Virus record (IMG/VR): IMGVR_UViG_3300020474_002475
Span: 53,940 to 117,939 of that record
Length of the DNA: 64,000 bases
Direction: 5' to 3' (one strand)
From: a virus
Shown in pieces: positions 9,144 to 18,577 of this stretch (the first letter of the stretch is position 1; every line of letters begins with the position of its first letter). Under the pieces are notes generated by a model. The model searched no databases. It saw only the letters and a program-made list of their open reading frames with translations, and was not told the DNA's origin. The translations under genes were made by a program, and so were the position numbers.

Positions 9144-11014
9144 AAAATTATATTCCATTACATGTTCACAGTCATTATTCTCTATTAGATGGCTTATCTA
9201 AGCCCGAACAAATAGCAAATAGATGCAATAAGATTGGAGTAAATAGCTGTGCTATTACAGACCATGGCTCTATCTCCGGTGCAGTACAAATGTATTCAGC
9301 ACTTAAAGCTAAAAATATAAAGCCTATATTAGGCTGTGAACTGTATTTGGCGTTTAACGACTCCTGTATAAAAACAAAAGAGAATATAAAATTAACTCAC
9401 TTTCTTGTTTTGGCCAAGAACTTAGAAGGTTGGAAAAATTTAATAAAAATAGTTTCTACGTCCAACAGCGAAGAAAACTACTACAGAAAACCTAGACTTT
9501 CTATAGATAAACTTAAAGAACTAGTTACTGGCAAAAATTTAATTAGTTTTTGTGGTCACATGGGATCTTATTTGCCAGATTTAATAGAACAGCATCCAGA
9601 TAATTATAAAAAACATTGCCTAAATTTTATAGACGAGATGAAAGATATTTTTGGTAAAGAAAATTTCTTTTTAGAATCTCAGCTTATGGACAAAGAGTAT
9701 ATGCCTAAGCAGATAGAGCTTTCTGATATAATGAGAGACCTATCGTCTTTATCAAATACCAAAGTCTTAGCGACCCCCGATGCTCATTACGCAGAGCAAG
9801 AGGATGCTATAGATCAAAGAATTCTATTATGCAATAATATTAAAACAACCCTCACTAATATTAACAAAAAAATTATTAATGAAGAAAGTGTTCCTTTTGA
9901 TTGTTTCTTTAAGTCTGATAAGTATTATATTTTATCTCCAGAAGAGATGAATGAATTACATAAAGAAGAAGAAATAGAAAACACACAACTGGTAGATAGT
10001 ATGTGTGAAGAGTATGATATTTTAAATAAGCCCTTATTGCCTCCATTTAGATGTCCTAATGGTCAAAATCCAGATGAGTATTTAAGACAATTATGTAGAA
10101 ATGGATGGAAAGAAAAAATAGCAAATAATATACCAAAAGAAAAACATGAAATGTATACTGATAGAATTAAAAAAGAATTAGAAGTTTTACAAGGTGCTGA
10201 CTTGTCTAGTTACTTTTTGATAGTGTCTGATATAGTAAATCATGTCAGGTCCAATGGCTGGCTTCCTGGTCCAGGCAGAGGCTCGGCTGCTGGGTGCTTG
10301 GTGTCATATTTAATTGGTATTACATCTATTGATCCTATACAATACGGATTGATTTTTGAAAGATTTTATAATTCTGGCAGAAATACAGAAGGTAGAGTTT
10401 CTATGCCAGATATCGATGTAGACGTACCTATTAATAAAAGAGAAAACATCATTTCATATATTCGACAAAGATATGGTAGTGACAAAGTTTCTCAGATGAT
10501 TACTTTTAATACCATGAAAGGTCGTGGCGCATTAAAAGAAGTTCTGCGTGTTTATGGCAATATCAGTTTTGACGAAATGAATCAAATTACTAAATTTATT
10601 CCTGATGAGGCCAAAATAGCAGATGAACTACAAGAAATGAAAGCAGATCATGGGGAAGCATCAATTATTAGATGGGCATTAGAAAACAATGCAGATAAAT
10701 TAAAAGATTGGTGCCACATTTCACAAGATGGCAAAAACAGATTGTCAGGACCACTTGCCAAAAGGTTTGAGCAGGCTATTAGATTAGAGGGCACTAAATC
10801 AAACCAGTCTAAGCATGCCGCCGGTGTAGTTATTAGTAGTCACAATTTGAGTGATATATGTCCGATGATTTACGATACTAAAAACAAAACCACTATAGCG
10901 GGTATGGAGATGCAAGATTTAGAATCCATAGGTATAATCAAATTTGATATTTTGGGAGTAGCTATGCTAGATAAAGTAATGTCCATATCCGATATTTTAT
11001 TAAATGGAGAATAA
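9140..11014 (+). CDS. dnaE: DNA polymerase III alpha, N-terminal subunit (PHP + palm + thumb)
   Basis: LHVHSHYSLLDG, ITDHG, GPGRGSAAG, FERF, MPDIDVD, HAAGVVI, KFDILG, then a stop shortly after. Confidence 0.95.
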   Translation: MKNYIPLHVHSHYSLLDGLSKPEQIANRCNKIGVNSCAITDHGSISGAVQMYSALKAKNIKPILGCELYLAFNDSCIKTKENIKLTHFLVLAKNLEGWKNLIKIVSTSNSEENYYRKPRLSIDKLKELVTGKNLISFCGHMGSYLPDLIEQHPDNYKKHCLNFIDEMKDIFGKENFFLESQLMDKEYMPKQIELSDIMRDLSSLSNTKVLATPDAHYAEQEDAIDQRILLCNNIKTTLTNINKKIINEESVPFDCFFKSDKYYILSPEEMNELHKEEEIENTQLVDSMCEEYDILNKPLLPPFRCPNGQNPDEYLRQLCRNGWKEKIANNIPKEKHEMYTDRIKKELEVLQGADLSSYFLIVSDIVNHVRSNGWLPGPGRGSAAGCLVSYLIGITSIDPIQYGLIFERFYNSGRNTEGRVSMPDIDVDVPINKRENIISYIRQRYGSDKVSQMITFNTMKGRGALKEVLRVYGNISFDEMNQITKFIPDEAKIADELQEMKADHGEASIIRWALENNADKLKDWCHISQDGKNRLSGPLAKRFEQAIRLEGTKSNQSKHAAGVVISSHNLSDICPMIYDTKNKTTIAGMEMQDLESIGIIKFDILGVAMLDKVMSISDILLNGE

Positions 11015-11018
11015 TAAA

Positions 11019-11198
11019 ATGCAAAAAGAATTTAAAGAAGTAAATGTCAATGAAACTTTTAGTGTAAACGGTAAACAATATGTTAAAGTTAACCCAGTTA
11101 AAGTTAGCTGTTGCCGTAGTGTAAACTGTCACGCTGTTAACAGTCCAAAGGATAGGACGTTTTTACAGCCCAACTCGAAGGTAGAGGTGCAAGATTAA
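11019..11198 (+). CDS. small beta-rich Cys-containing protein inside the split-dnaE locus
   Basis: GGAGA SD 8 nt before ATG 11019 (alternative start 11004); SCCRSVNC motif. Confidence 0.65.
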   Translation: MQKEFKEVNVNETFSVNGKQYVKVNPVKVSCCRSVNCHAVNSPKDRTFLQPNSKVEVQD

Positions 11199-11895
11199 TA
11201 GGAATAAGATTTGTGTATTTGACTTGGAAACTGACGGCGTCAATCCAGAAGTTTGCAGTCCTGTACAAATTGCTGCGGTTATTGTGGATCCTTTGAAATT
11301 AGAAATCGTACCAGACTCCGAGTTTAATATTACTCTTAAGCCGGAGTCCCTGGAACAAAATCCTGAATATTGCTATGATGATTCTGATGTTTTAGATTTT
11401 CATGCAAAAGTTAGAGGGGTAAGCAAGGCTAAGATTTTAGAATCTTGGAAGAAATACCAAAAACAGGATCAAGCATGGAAGATGCTTACTAGCTATTTAC
11501 AAATGTATCATACTAGATCAACTAAAAAGAATTGTTTTAGTGCTCCGATTGCTGCTGGTTATAATATTAATAAATTTGATTTACCAATTATCAACAGACT
11601 TAGCAGTAAATATAAAACAGTAAACAAAGAAGGAAAGACCGATTTGTTTTATCCCAGAGATGTTTTAGATATAATGAATGTAATATTTTATTGGTTCGAA
11701 AACAATAATGAACTAAAAAGTTATACATTAGATAATCTGAGAGACTATTTAGGCTTATCAAAAGAAAATGCTCATGACGCACTAAAAGATGTGCAAGATA
11801 CTGCTCAAATAATGATAAGGTTTATGAAACTGTTTAGAAGTATGTCGCCAAAAATTAAATTTAAGGATTCATTTAATAGTACTGCAAATGTCTGA
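11194..11895 (+). CDS. dnaQ: DEDDh 3'-5' exonuclease (DnaQ/epsilon-like); probable ATT start
   Basis: ExoI ICVFDLETDG, ExoII AGYNINKFD, ExoIII HDALKDV. ExoI begins upstream of the TTG called at 11224. Confidence 0.88.
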   Translation: MNRNKICVFDLETDGVNPEVCSPVQIAAVIVDPLKLEIVPDSEFNITLKPESLEQNPEYCYDDSDVLDFHAKVRGVSKAKILESWKKYQKQDQAWKMLTSYLQMYHTRSTKKNCFSAPIAAGYNINKFDLPIINRLSSKYKTVNKEGKTDLFYPRDVLDIMNVIFYWFENNNELKSYTLDNLRDYLGLSKENAHDALKDVQDTAQIMIRFMKLFRSMSPKIKFKDSFNSTANV

Positions 11896-13513
11896 ATATT
11901 ACACTTTTGATTGTGGTTGTAAATTTAAAATACTTGGGAATAGTAAAGAATTTCCTAGTATAGATTTTAAACCGACTTTAGATAATTTAAATTTAGAATG
12001 TTCTAAAACTTGGGACTTAATATCTTCTGGCAATACCAAAGGATGTTTTCAATTAGAGTCTAGACTTGGTCAAACCATGTCAAAAAAACTTAAACCCAGA
12101 AGTATTGAACATTTGTCTGGATTAATCAGTATTCTTCGTCCAGGATGTCTTGAAGCAGTTAGGGATGGTAAAACTGTATCTAATCATTATATAGACAAGA
12201 AGAATGATCAAGAAACTGTAGATTATTATCATCCTGTTTTAAAAGAATGTCTTGAGAAAAGCTATGGCGAAATGATCTATCAAGAACAAGCTATGGAAAT
12301 TGCAAGAGTAGTTTCTGGATTTAATCTGGAAGAAGCAGACATATTAAGAAAAGCAATTGGTAAGAAAAAAGCGGATTTGATGTCTCAGGTAAAGACTTCA
12401 TTTATGGCAGGTGCAACCAAAATGGGTTTAGTAAATAAAGAAACCGCTGAAGAAATTTTTGGTTGGATTGAAAAGAGTCAAAGATATTCTTTTAATAAAA
12501 GCCATGCCGTTAGCTACGCTATGAACGCATATCTCTCTGCATACTCTAAGGCTCACTTCCCCAGAGTATTCTTTGCTTCATATCTTAAATTCGCTAAAGA
12601 TAAAATAGACCCTCAACAAGAAATAAAAGAGCTGGTACGTAATGCTAACGAAATGGATATAACCATCCATACTCCCGATATTAGAGAGCTAAATGAACTC
12701 TTTGCAATTAGACAAGGTAAAATATATTTTGGACTAACCGATATAAAAGGTTTAGGTCAATCTGTATTTAAAAAATTATTAAAGATTGTTGAAAATGATA
12801 ATATAGATATCGGCAAATTATCATGGTATCAAATGCTATATAAGATATTATGTAATATAAATAGCACTGCTACCAAAGCCCTTATTGCATCAGGAGCATT
12901 AGATTATTTCAAAAAAACTCGCACAGAAATGCTATTTGAGTATGATATATTTACATCTCTTACTAAGAAGGAAATCGAAAAAGCAGGAGATATTATAGAA
13001 AACGGAGCAGTTCCTTTAATCAGCATATTAACAGAATTATTAACTAAAAGAGTTAATATAAAAAGACAAGCTATAATAAATAATCTTATAGAAACTATCA
13101 AGCACCCCCCTTATTCTCTTATTGATAAAATAGAATGGCTATCAGATTCAGAAAATACTTTGTTAGGAACATCGATAACTTGCTGTAAATTAGACTCATA
13201 TAATATAGATATGACTAATATGAACTGTAAAGACTTCAAGAAAACATATAAGGTAGAAGATATCATATTGGCTGCCGAAGTGGTTGGGGTTAATGTAACC
13301 AAAACTAAAAATGGTAAAAACCCAGGTGCTGAAATGGCATTTGTTACAGGAGAAGATCAATACGGGATGTTAGATTCAATTATTATGTTTCCAGAAACAT
13401 GGGAAAAATACAGACCTCACGTTTTTGATGGTAATGTTTTAATATTCACGGGCAAAAAGTCAAAAGCAAAAGACAGTCTAATAGTAGAAAAATGCTTTGT
13501 TCCTAAGTCTTGA
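11888..13513 (+). CDS. dnaE: DNA polymerase III alpha, C-terminal subunit (fingers + HhH + OB fold)
   Basis: GCFQLES, SILRPG, IYQEQAM, ADILRKAIGKKK, YSFNKSHAVSY, FGLTDIKGLG, GALD, OB fold EMAFVTGED. Confidence 0.95.
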   Translation: MSEYYTFDCGCKFKILGNSKEFPSIDFKPTLDNLNLECSKTWDLISSGNTKGCFQLESRLGQTMSKKLKPRSIEHLSGLISILRPGCLEAVRDGKTVSNHYIDKKNDQETVDYYHPVLKECLEKSYGEMIYQEQAMEIARVVSGFNLEEADILRKAIGKKKADLMSQVKTSFMAGATKMGLVNKETAEEIFGWIEKSQRYSFNKSHAVSYAMNAYLSAYSKAHFPRVFFASYLKFAKDKIDPQQEIKELVRNANEMDITIHTPDIRELNELFAIRQGKIYFGLTDIKGLGQSVFKKLLKIVENDNIDIGKLSWYQMLYKILCNINSTATKALIASGALDYFKKTRTEMLFEYDIFTSLTKKEIEKAGDIIENGAVPLISILTELLTKRVNIKRQAIINNLIETIKHPPYSLIDKIEWLSDSENTLLGTSITCCKLDSYNIDMTNMNCKDFKKTYKVEDIILAAEVVGVNVTKTKNGKNPGAEMAFVTGEDQYGMLDSIIMFPETWEKYRPHVFDGNVLIFTGKKSKAKDSLIVEKCFVPKS

Positions 13514-13537
13514 CTTTTGCTGAGTACGACATATAAT
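13510..13537 (+). promoter_or_regulatory. sigma70-like promoter for ssb
   Basis: TTGACT-N16-TATAAT followed by an AAGGAG SD before ATG 13586. Confidence 0.65.
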
Positions 13538-13585
13538 AAACTAGTGTTTGGTTTTGGATTTTTAATTTTAAATAAGGAGTTTTCA

Positions 13586-13957
13586 ATGAATCTTGTAATT
13601 TTAAGAGGTAATTTAGCTAGAGACCCAGAAGTTCGCAGAGTGAATACTGGCGGAAAAGAAACCGCTGTAGTGAATTTCACCGTAGCTACTTCTCGTGAAT
13701 ACACGAAGTCTAATGGCGAGAAGGATAAGGTTACTTCTTTTATTAATTGTGAAGCATGGGATACCGGTGCTGAAATCATCGGTGAATCTTTTTCTAAGGG
13801 AGATCTAGTAATGGTAGAAGGATCTTTACGAAATGATTCCTGGGAAAAAGATGGAGTTAAACACAATAGCTTCAAGGTTAGAGTAAATAATTTCTCTAAG
13901 CTTACCAAGCTTTCTAGACATAAGGCAGCTAGCAAAGAAGAGCCTGTTGCATTCTAA
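13586..13957 (+). CDS. ssb: single-stranded DNA-binding protein
   Basis: MNLVILRGNLARDPE...FINCEAWD...KGDLVMVEGSL; short tail EEPVAF; strong SD. Confidence 0.95.
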   Translation: MNLVILRGNLARDPEVRRVNTGGKETAVVNFTVATSREYTKSNGEKDKVTSFINCEAWDTGAEIIGESFSKGDLVMVEGSLRNDSWEKDGVKHNSFKVRVNNFSKLTKLSRHKAASKEEPVAF

Positions 13958-13976
13958 TTATTAGGAATCTTATGAG

Positions 13977-14007
13977 CAAAGGGGCTTCACGGCCCCTTTG
14001 TATTTTT
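13977..14007 (+). terminator. rho-independent terminator after ssb
   Basis: CAAAGGGGC-TTCACG-GCCCCTTTG perfect 9-bp stem followed by TATTTTT. Confidence 0.85.
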
Positions 14008-14009
14008 AT

Positions 14010-15656
14010 ATGAACAAGTTAAAAGTATTAATGTGCTCGGAAGCTAGCTTTTTAAATTCTGGCTTTTCTATATACGCCAAAGAAATATTATCTCGGCTAT
14101 ACGCGACAGGTAAATATGAAATAGCCGAATTTGCTAGTTACGCTGTTGTTAACGACCCTAAAGACAAAGACATACCTTGGTCAATATATGCAAATGCTGT
14201 TAATAATGCAGATCCTAGACATGCCGAATATACTTCTAGAACAGATAATATGTTTGGTAGGTGGCGTTTTGATAAAACCGTTGTAGATTTTAAACCCGAT
14301 GTTGTAATAGATGTTAGGGATTACTGGATGTCTGCTTATCAGGAGCAATCACCAGCTAGAAAATTGTTTCATTGGATATTAATGCCTACAGTAGATTCTG
14401 CTCCACAACAACCGCATTGGATAGATACTTTCTTAAATGCAGATGCGATTTTTACGTATTCGGATTGGGGGGCTGATGTACTAAAAAATCAATCAGGAGG
14501 AAAAATAAATTATATAGACACGGCATCTCCTGGTGTTGATTTGTCTGTTTTTAAAATTAAAGACAAACAAGAGTGCAGAAAAGCAATCGGAGTACCGTCT
14601 GATGCAATAGTAATAGGTTCGGTCATGAGGAATCAAAAAAGAAAACTAATACCAGAATTATTTGTTTCTTTTAAAAAGCTGTTAGATAAATATAAAAAGT
14701 CTAATAATCCACTTGGAGAAAAACTTTTCCTTTATTTGCATACTAGCTTTCCTGATGCTGGGTGGGATATTCCAGAATCAATGAAAGAAAACGGAATTTT
14801 AAATAAAGTTCTGTTTACACAAATTTGTAGAAAATGCAACCATGTTTCATGTGGAGTCTTTCGTGGTCCACAAACGGTGTGTCCTAAATGCTTTACTAGG
14901 AATCAGACATTTCCAAATGTTACTGCCGGTGTAACATCTGAGCAATTATCTACTATCTATAATACTTTTGATATGTATGTGCAGTATGCTATATGTGAAG
15001 GCTTTGGCATGCCGCAAGTAGAAGCTGGAGCTTGTGGTATACCTATAGCTACAGTTGATTATAGTGCGATGTGTGACGTGATAAATAAATTAAACGCATA
15101 TCCTGTAGAAATTAAAACATATTTTAAAGAATTAGAAACTAGAGCCATTAGGGTTTATCCAAACAATGACAGCTTGATATCCACTATAGATAAGTTTATT
15201 AACATGCCTGAACCTATACAATACAAAAAACGTCTTAATACTAGAAAATTAACAGAAAAACATTATAATTGGGACAATATAGCTAAAAAGTGGGAAAAAT
15301 ATTTGGACAGTTTAAATGATAGTGGTTATAGGGCCGATTGGAGTCATCACAAACGAATTAATAAGATAGCTAATGCGGAAGCAAATAGTAATGTGGATGC
15401 ATTAATATCTGTATGTCGTGATAATTTGTTAGATATAAACGCTGCGTCATCTAGTAAAATGTTATCATATTTAAATGACGCTGATTACGGTTTTCAACTT
15501 AATGGCTTAAGCACAAACCCTTTTGATATGAATAAGGTTGCTGAACAAATGAATATATATGTTAGCAATAATAATCAGTTGTGTGATGCTTTAGATAATA
15601 AATTAGCCCTAACAGAAGACTTTATACAATACGCAAAACTAAAAGCAAATAATTAA
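14010..15656 (+). CDS. GT4-family (GT-B) glycosyltransferase with zinc-ribbon insert
   Basis: RNQKRK, EGFGMPQVEAGACG (EX7E motif), YNWDNIAKKW; CRKC...CPKC insertion. Confidence 0.88.
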   Translation: MNKLKVLMCSEASFLNSGFSIYAKEILSRLYATGKYEIAEFASYAVVNDPKDKDIPWSIYANAVNNADPRHAEYTSRTDNMFGRWRFDKTVVDFKPDVVIDVRDYWMSAYQEQSPARKLFHWILMPTVDSAPQQPHWIDTFLNADAIFTYSDWGADVLKNQSGGKINYIDTASPGVDLSVFKIKDKQECRKAIGVPSDAIVIGSVMRNQKRKLIPELFVSFKKLLDKYKKSNNPLGEKLFLYLHTSFPDAGWDIPESMKENGILNKVLFTQICRKCNHVSCGVFRGPQTVCPKCFTRNQTFPNVTAGVTSEQLSTIYNTFDMYVQYAICEGFGMPQVEAGACGIPIATVDYSAMCDVINKLNAYPVEIKTYFKELETRAIRVYPNNDSLISTIDKFINMPEPIQYKKRLNTRKLTEKHYNWDNIAKKWEKYLDSLNDSGYRADWSHHKRINKIANAEANSNVDALISVCRDNLLDINAASSSKMLSYLNDADYGFQLNGLSTNPFDMNKVAEQMNIYVSNNNQLCDALDNKLALTEDFIQYAKLKANN

Positions 15657-15659
15657 TTA

Positions 15660-16619
15660 ATGAATATACTATATATAGGACCATTTCAAAAAAATAATTC
15701 TTTAGGTTATGTCTCTTCTATAATTTTAGAGAAACTATGTCATTTATCTCAGCATAAAATATATGCCCATCCTATATACTCAGGTTATGATAATCACAAA
15801 CTATCTAGTTTACCATATTTAAGATTTGCAGACTTAATTGATTATCCTGATATCAATATACAGCATTGTACAATAAATAGTTTATATATTGATCAAAAAA
15901 GCAAAAATTACTTTATACCAATTCATCCTATGAATTTAAATATACCTAAACAATATTATGAAAAACTAAAGTGTCTAGATAAAATTTTAGTCCATAGCGA
16001 TTTTGAGCTAGATAAATTTTTAAATATAGGTATACAATCTGAAAAATTGGTAAAATTAGAATTACCTAAAATTGAAAGTAGTCCAGCAAAGTTATCATTA
16101 GGCATTTATGATAGCTATAAAAAATATTATTTTATTGGAGACTATTCTAATAATAAAAACATTATTGAGAAACTTATTAAAAACTTTCTAGTAGTGTCAA
16201 AACACCAAAGAGACACGTGTCTTGTGATTGCTTCTGAATGTGACGCTCAACAAAAACAAGACTTAATTAAGTTTTACGAAAAACAAAAAGAAAATATTAT
16301 GGTAAGCAATTACGAAGATAGGGTCTTACTGTTAGTAGACGACGTTGGCTGTGACAGGGTACAGGGGCTGCATAATTGTGCAGATATTTATCTTTGTATT
16401 AATGATGGTCATTACCCTTTAACTGATGCTTCAATGGCTAATTTATCAGACAATATCATTATTAATTACCCTACTGAAGGTTTAGATTCTGAACACATAC
16501 ATAATTCAGTAATTAGCTCTATTAGCAATAATAAAATTATTGACATTCTAAAAAATATTGGAAACAATAATATATCACAAAAATATAAAACAACTAAGTG
16601 GCAAGAGGTTCTATGTTAG
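15660..16619 (+). CDS. divergent GT-B glycosyltransferase-like protein
   Basis: MNILYIGP start, YYFIGDYSNNKNIIEKLIK, LHNCADIYL; canonical EX7E not clear. Confidence 0.55.
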   Translation: MNILYIGPFQKNNSLGYVSSIILEKLCHLSQHKIYAHPIYSGYDNHKLSSLPYLRFADLIDYPDINIQHCTINSLYIDQKSKNYFIPIHPMNLNIPKQYYEKLKCLDKILVHSDFELDKFLNIGIQSEKLVKLELPKIESSPAKLSLGIYDSYKKYYFIGDYSNNKNIIEKLIKNFLVVSKHQRDTCLVIASECDAQQKQDLIKFYEKQKENIMVSNYEDRVLLLVDDVGCDRVQGLHNCADIYLCINDGHYPLTDASMANLSDNIIINYPTEGLDSEHIHNSVISSISNNKIIDILKNIGNNNISQKYKTTKWQEVLC

Positions 16620-17446
16620 ATACAGAATGGTCTACAGGTAATATATTTCAAAAAGCTAGATCAAAATCACAATCTTATACGACTAATGTCCTGTATGAAT
16701 CATATTATAATATATTTGATCAATTACTACAACAGGCGATACCCGATATCTGTTTTGTTCATAAAAATGTAAATAACTCTTTTTTTAACTTTGACTTTAC
16801 TAGTAATAATTCTATATTTATATCACCATCAGAAATTAATAATATATACAACACTTATACAGACTTGGTGATATTTAATCATGAAGATGTGTCAAACATG
16901 AAAAAAGAAGATAAAGCTATTTTGAACCATAACGTCAAAAATGTCAAAGTAATAAATTTTAACAGTAAATCAAATTCAATATTTGCAAATGCTTTAAACA
17001 TAGAATATCCATTTCCGAACCTGTCTTGTAATGTTGACAGGATTAAAGATTTATTGATAATAGATACAAAGCAACATCCTTTTAGCCAAAGCGTACTAGA
17101 ATATGCTAAATTACAAGGCATATCTGCTGACCTTATAAAGAAAGTGGATGCTAATATATCTGAGCTATATACTCAATTCTCTCAATATAAAATTATATTG
17201 GACACATCTCAAAGAATTAATCATATATTGGCATTATTAGCAGGTTGTCATGTAATTACACAATCTAACATAGATGGATATTTCGAAAGCAAATATACAT
17301 TTAAATTTAATGACCACAATGAAATTTTAACTATAATTAAAAAATGTCTATCAAAAGAGACAAAATATCATACAGAAATAGCTGACAGATATTCGTCTAA
17401 AGATTTTAGCAAGAAATTTAAGGAATATATTTATGGAAATAATTAA
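16613..17446 (+). CDS. divergent glycosyltransferase-like protein
   Basis: GAGGT SD before ATG 16613; C-terminal LALLAGCHVIT...RYSSKDFSKKF resembles a GT-B C-domain. Confidence 0.45.
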   Translation: MLDTEWSTGNIFQKARSKSQSYTTNVLYESYYNIFDQLLQQAIPDICFVHKNVNNSFFNFDFTSNNSIFISPSEINNIYNTYTDLVIFNHEDVSNMKKEDKAILNHNVKNVKVINFNSKSNSIFANALNIEYPFPNLSCNVDRIKDLLIIDTKQHPFSQSVLEYAKLQGISADLIKKVDANISELYTQFSQYKIILDTSQRINHILALLAGCHVITQSNIDGYFESKYTFKFNDHNEILTIIKKCLSKETKYHTEIADRYSSKDFSKKFKEYIYGNN

Positions 17447-17846
17447 TATATGTTATGACAAAAATTTTACTTCGGAAGGTTTATCTAATTGTGATATTAG
17501 AAATCTTGATAGCATACCGAACTTTTCTGCACATAAAATCATAATGTCGTTTTTAAACCAATTAGAAAAAAAACAAAGCTTAGATATTATAGAAGGTTTA
17601 TGTAAAAAACTCAGACAGGGAGGGACGCTAACTTTTAATCTGTTAGATTTCGATCAGCTTATTAACTTTTATCAAAATCAAAAAATAAAATTAGACGATA
17701 TTATTATACATACTAACGGTATACAGTGTTTTATTAGCAGGGCTGAAGTTATAAAAATGTTCCATAAAAATTCACAAATGTCTTTAGATAGTATATTATA
17801 TGATGACATATATTCCATTTGTACCGTTTCTAGGAAATCTCTATGA
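17433..17846 (+). CDS. class I SAM methyltransferase-like protein (short/degenerate)
   Basis: DIRNLDSIPNFSAHKI...LCKKLRQGGTLTFNLLDF resembles post-I/II/III MTase motifs; no clear GxGxG. Confidence 0.5.
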   Translation: MEIINICYDKNFTSEGLSNCDIRNLDSIPNFSAHKIIMSFLNQLEKKQSLDIIEGLCKKLRQGGTLTFNLLDFDQLINFYQNQKIKLDDIIIHTNGIQCFISRAEVIKMFHKNSQMSLDSILYDDIYSICTVSRKSL

Positions 17847-18577
17847 ATACTATATGTAAAAGATGTCTTTTTGTAAATCCATCCCCTAGTGAAAAATGTT
17901 TTTTTAATATACCTACTTTACTCAAAAAGTCTGACTATTCTATTAGAGATACAGACGGGTATAATGTAATAGAAAACTACGATTGTTCTTATGCTTTTTC
18001 AAAAGAGCATTATGAAAAACATAAAGAAGAACTACCAGAAAATATGATCGAGCTTATTCAAGAGAAAAATAGGCTTGATTACTACTTGATCATTTCCTTT
18101 GACGATGAAGACAACAATGCAATTATCTCCGAGTGTGATAAAATATCAACACTACACACTATGCCTACGAAAATATCTGTACTTTGCAAAACAGATAAAA
18201 TTAAACCTCTTATACAATATTTCAAAACCCATAAAATATATAAAGACATTGATTGGAAATTGCATAATTTAACAGAAGACTATACAGATGTAGACAAACT
18301 AAAAGATATTTTAAATGTAAATTTAATTAAGACGGTGAATAATATTTGGTATGTACATAGCAGATCTTTAGAAGCCATAACAGAAGATTTAAATTATATT
18401 AATTTTTTAAGCAAAGTAATGAAACCTGAATATCCGGCTATAAGAAAAAACGACGAGAATTTGGACGGGCTGTTTATATCTTCAAACAATCTGAAATTGA
18501 TAAAAAACGAGCACGATCAAGAATATGTAGATTTTTTACAAGAGAATTGTACTCTTGTTAGAAAGTACTATGAGTAA
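17843..18577 (+). CDS. hypothetical protein in the glycosylation cluster
   Basis: 244 aa ORF with ATGA coupling; N-terminal CxxC. Confidence 0.6.
   Translation: MNTICKRCLFVNPSPSEKCFFNIPTLLKKSDYSIRDTDGYNVIENYDCSYAFSKEHYEKHKEELPENMIELIQEKNRLDYYLIISFDDEDNNAIISECDKISTLHTMPTKISVLCKTDKIKPLIQYFKTHKIYKDIDWKLHNLTEDYTDVDKLKDILNVNLIKTVNNIWYVHSRSLEAITEDLNYINFLSKVMKPEYPAIRKNDENLDGLFISSNNLKLIKNEHDQEYVDFLQENCTLVRKYYE

Noticed and set aside
10950-11960. Split intein or group I intron between the dnaE halves
   Set aside because: DnaE-N has no Cys/Ser-initiated IntN tail and DnaE-C has no convincing IntC ending in HN/C; the gap is fully occupied by two coupled ORFs with no room for an evident ribozyme core
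13417-13935. 172 aa - strand ORF opposite ssb, and the 13517 upstream extension of ssb
   Set aside because: Antisense shadow of a clear SSB; promoter and SD place the real start at 13586
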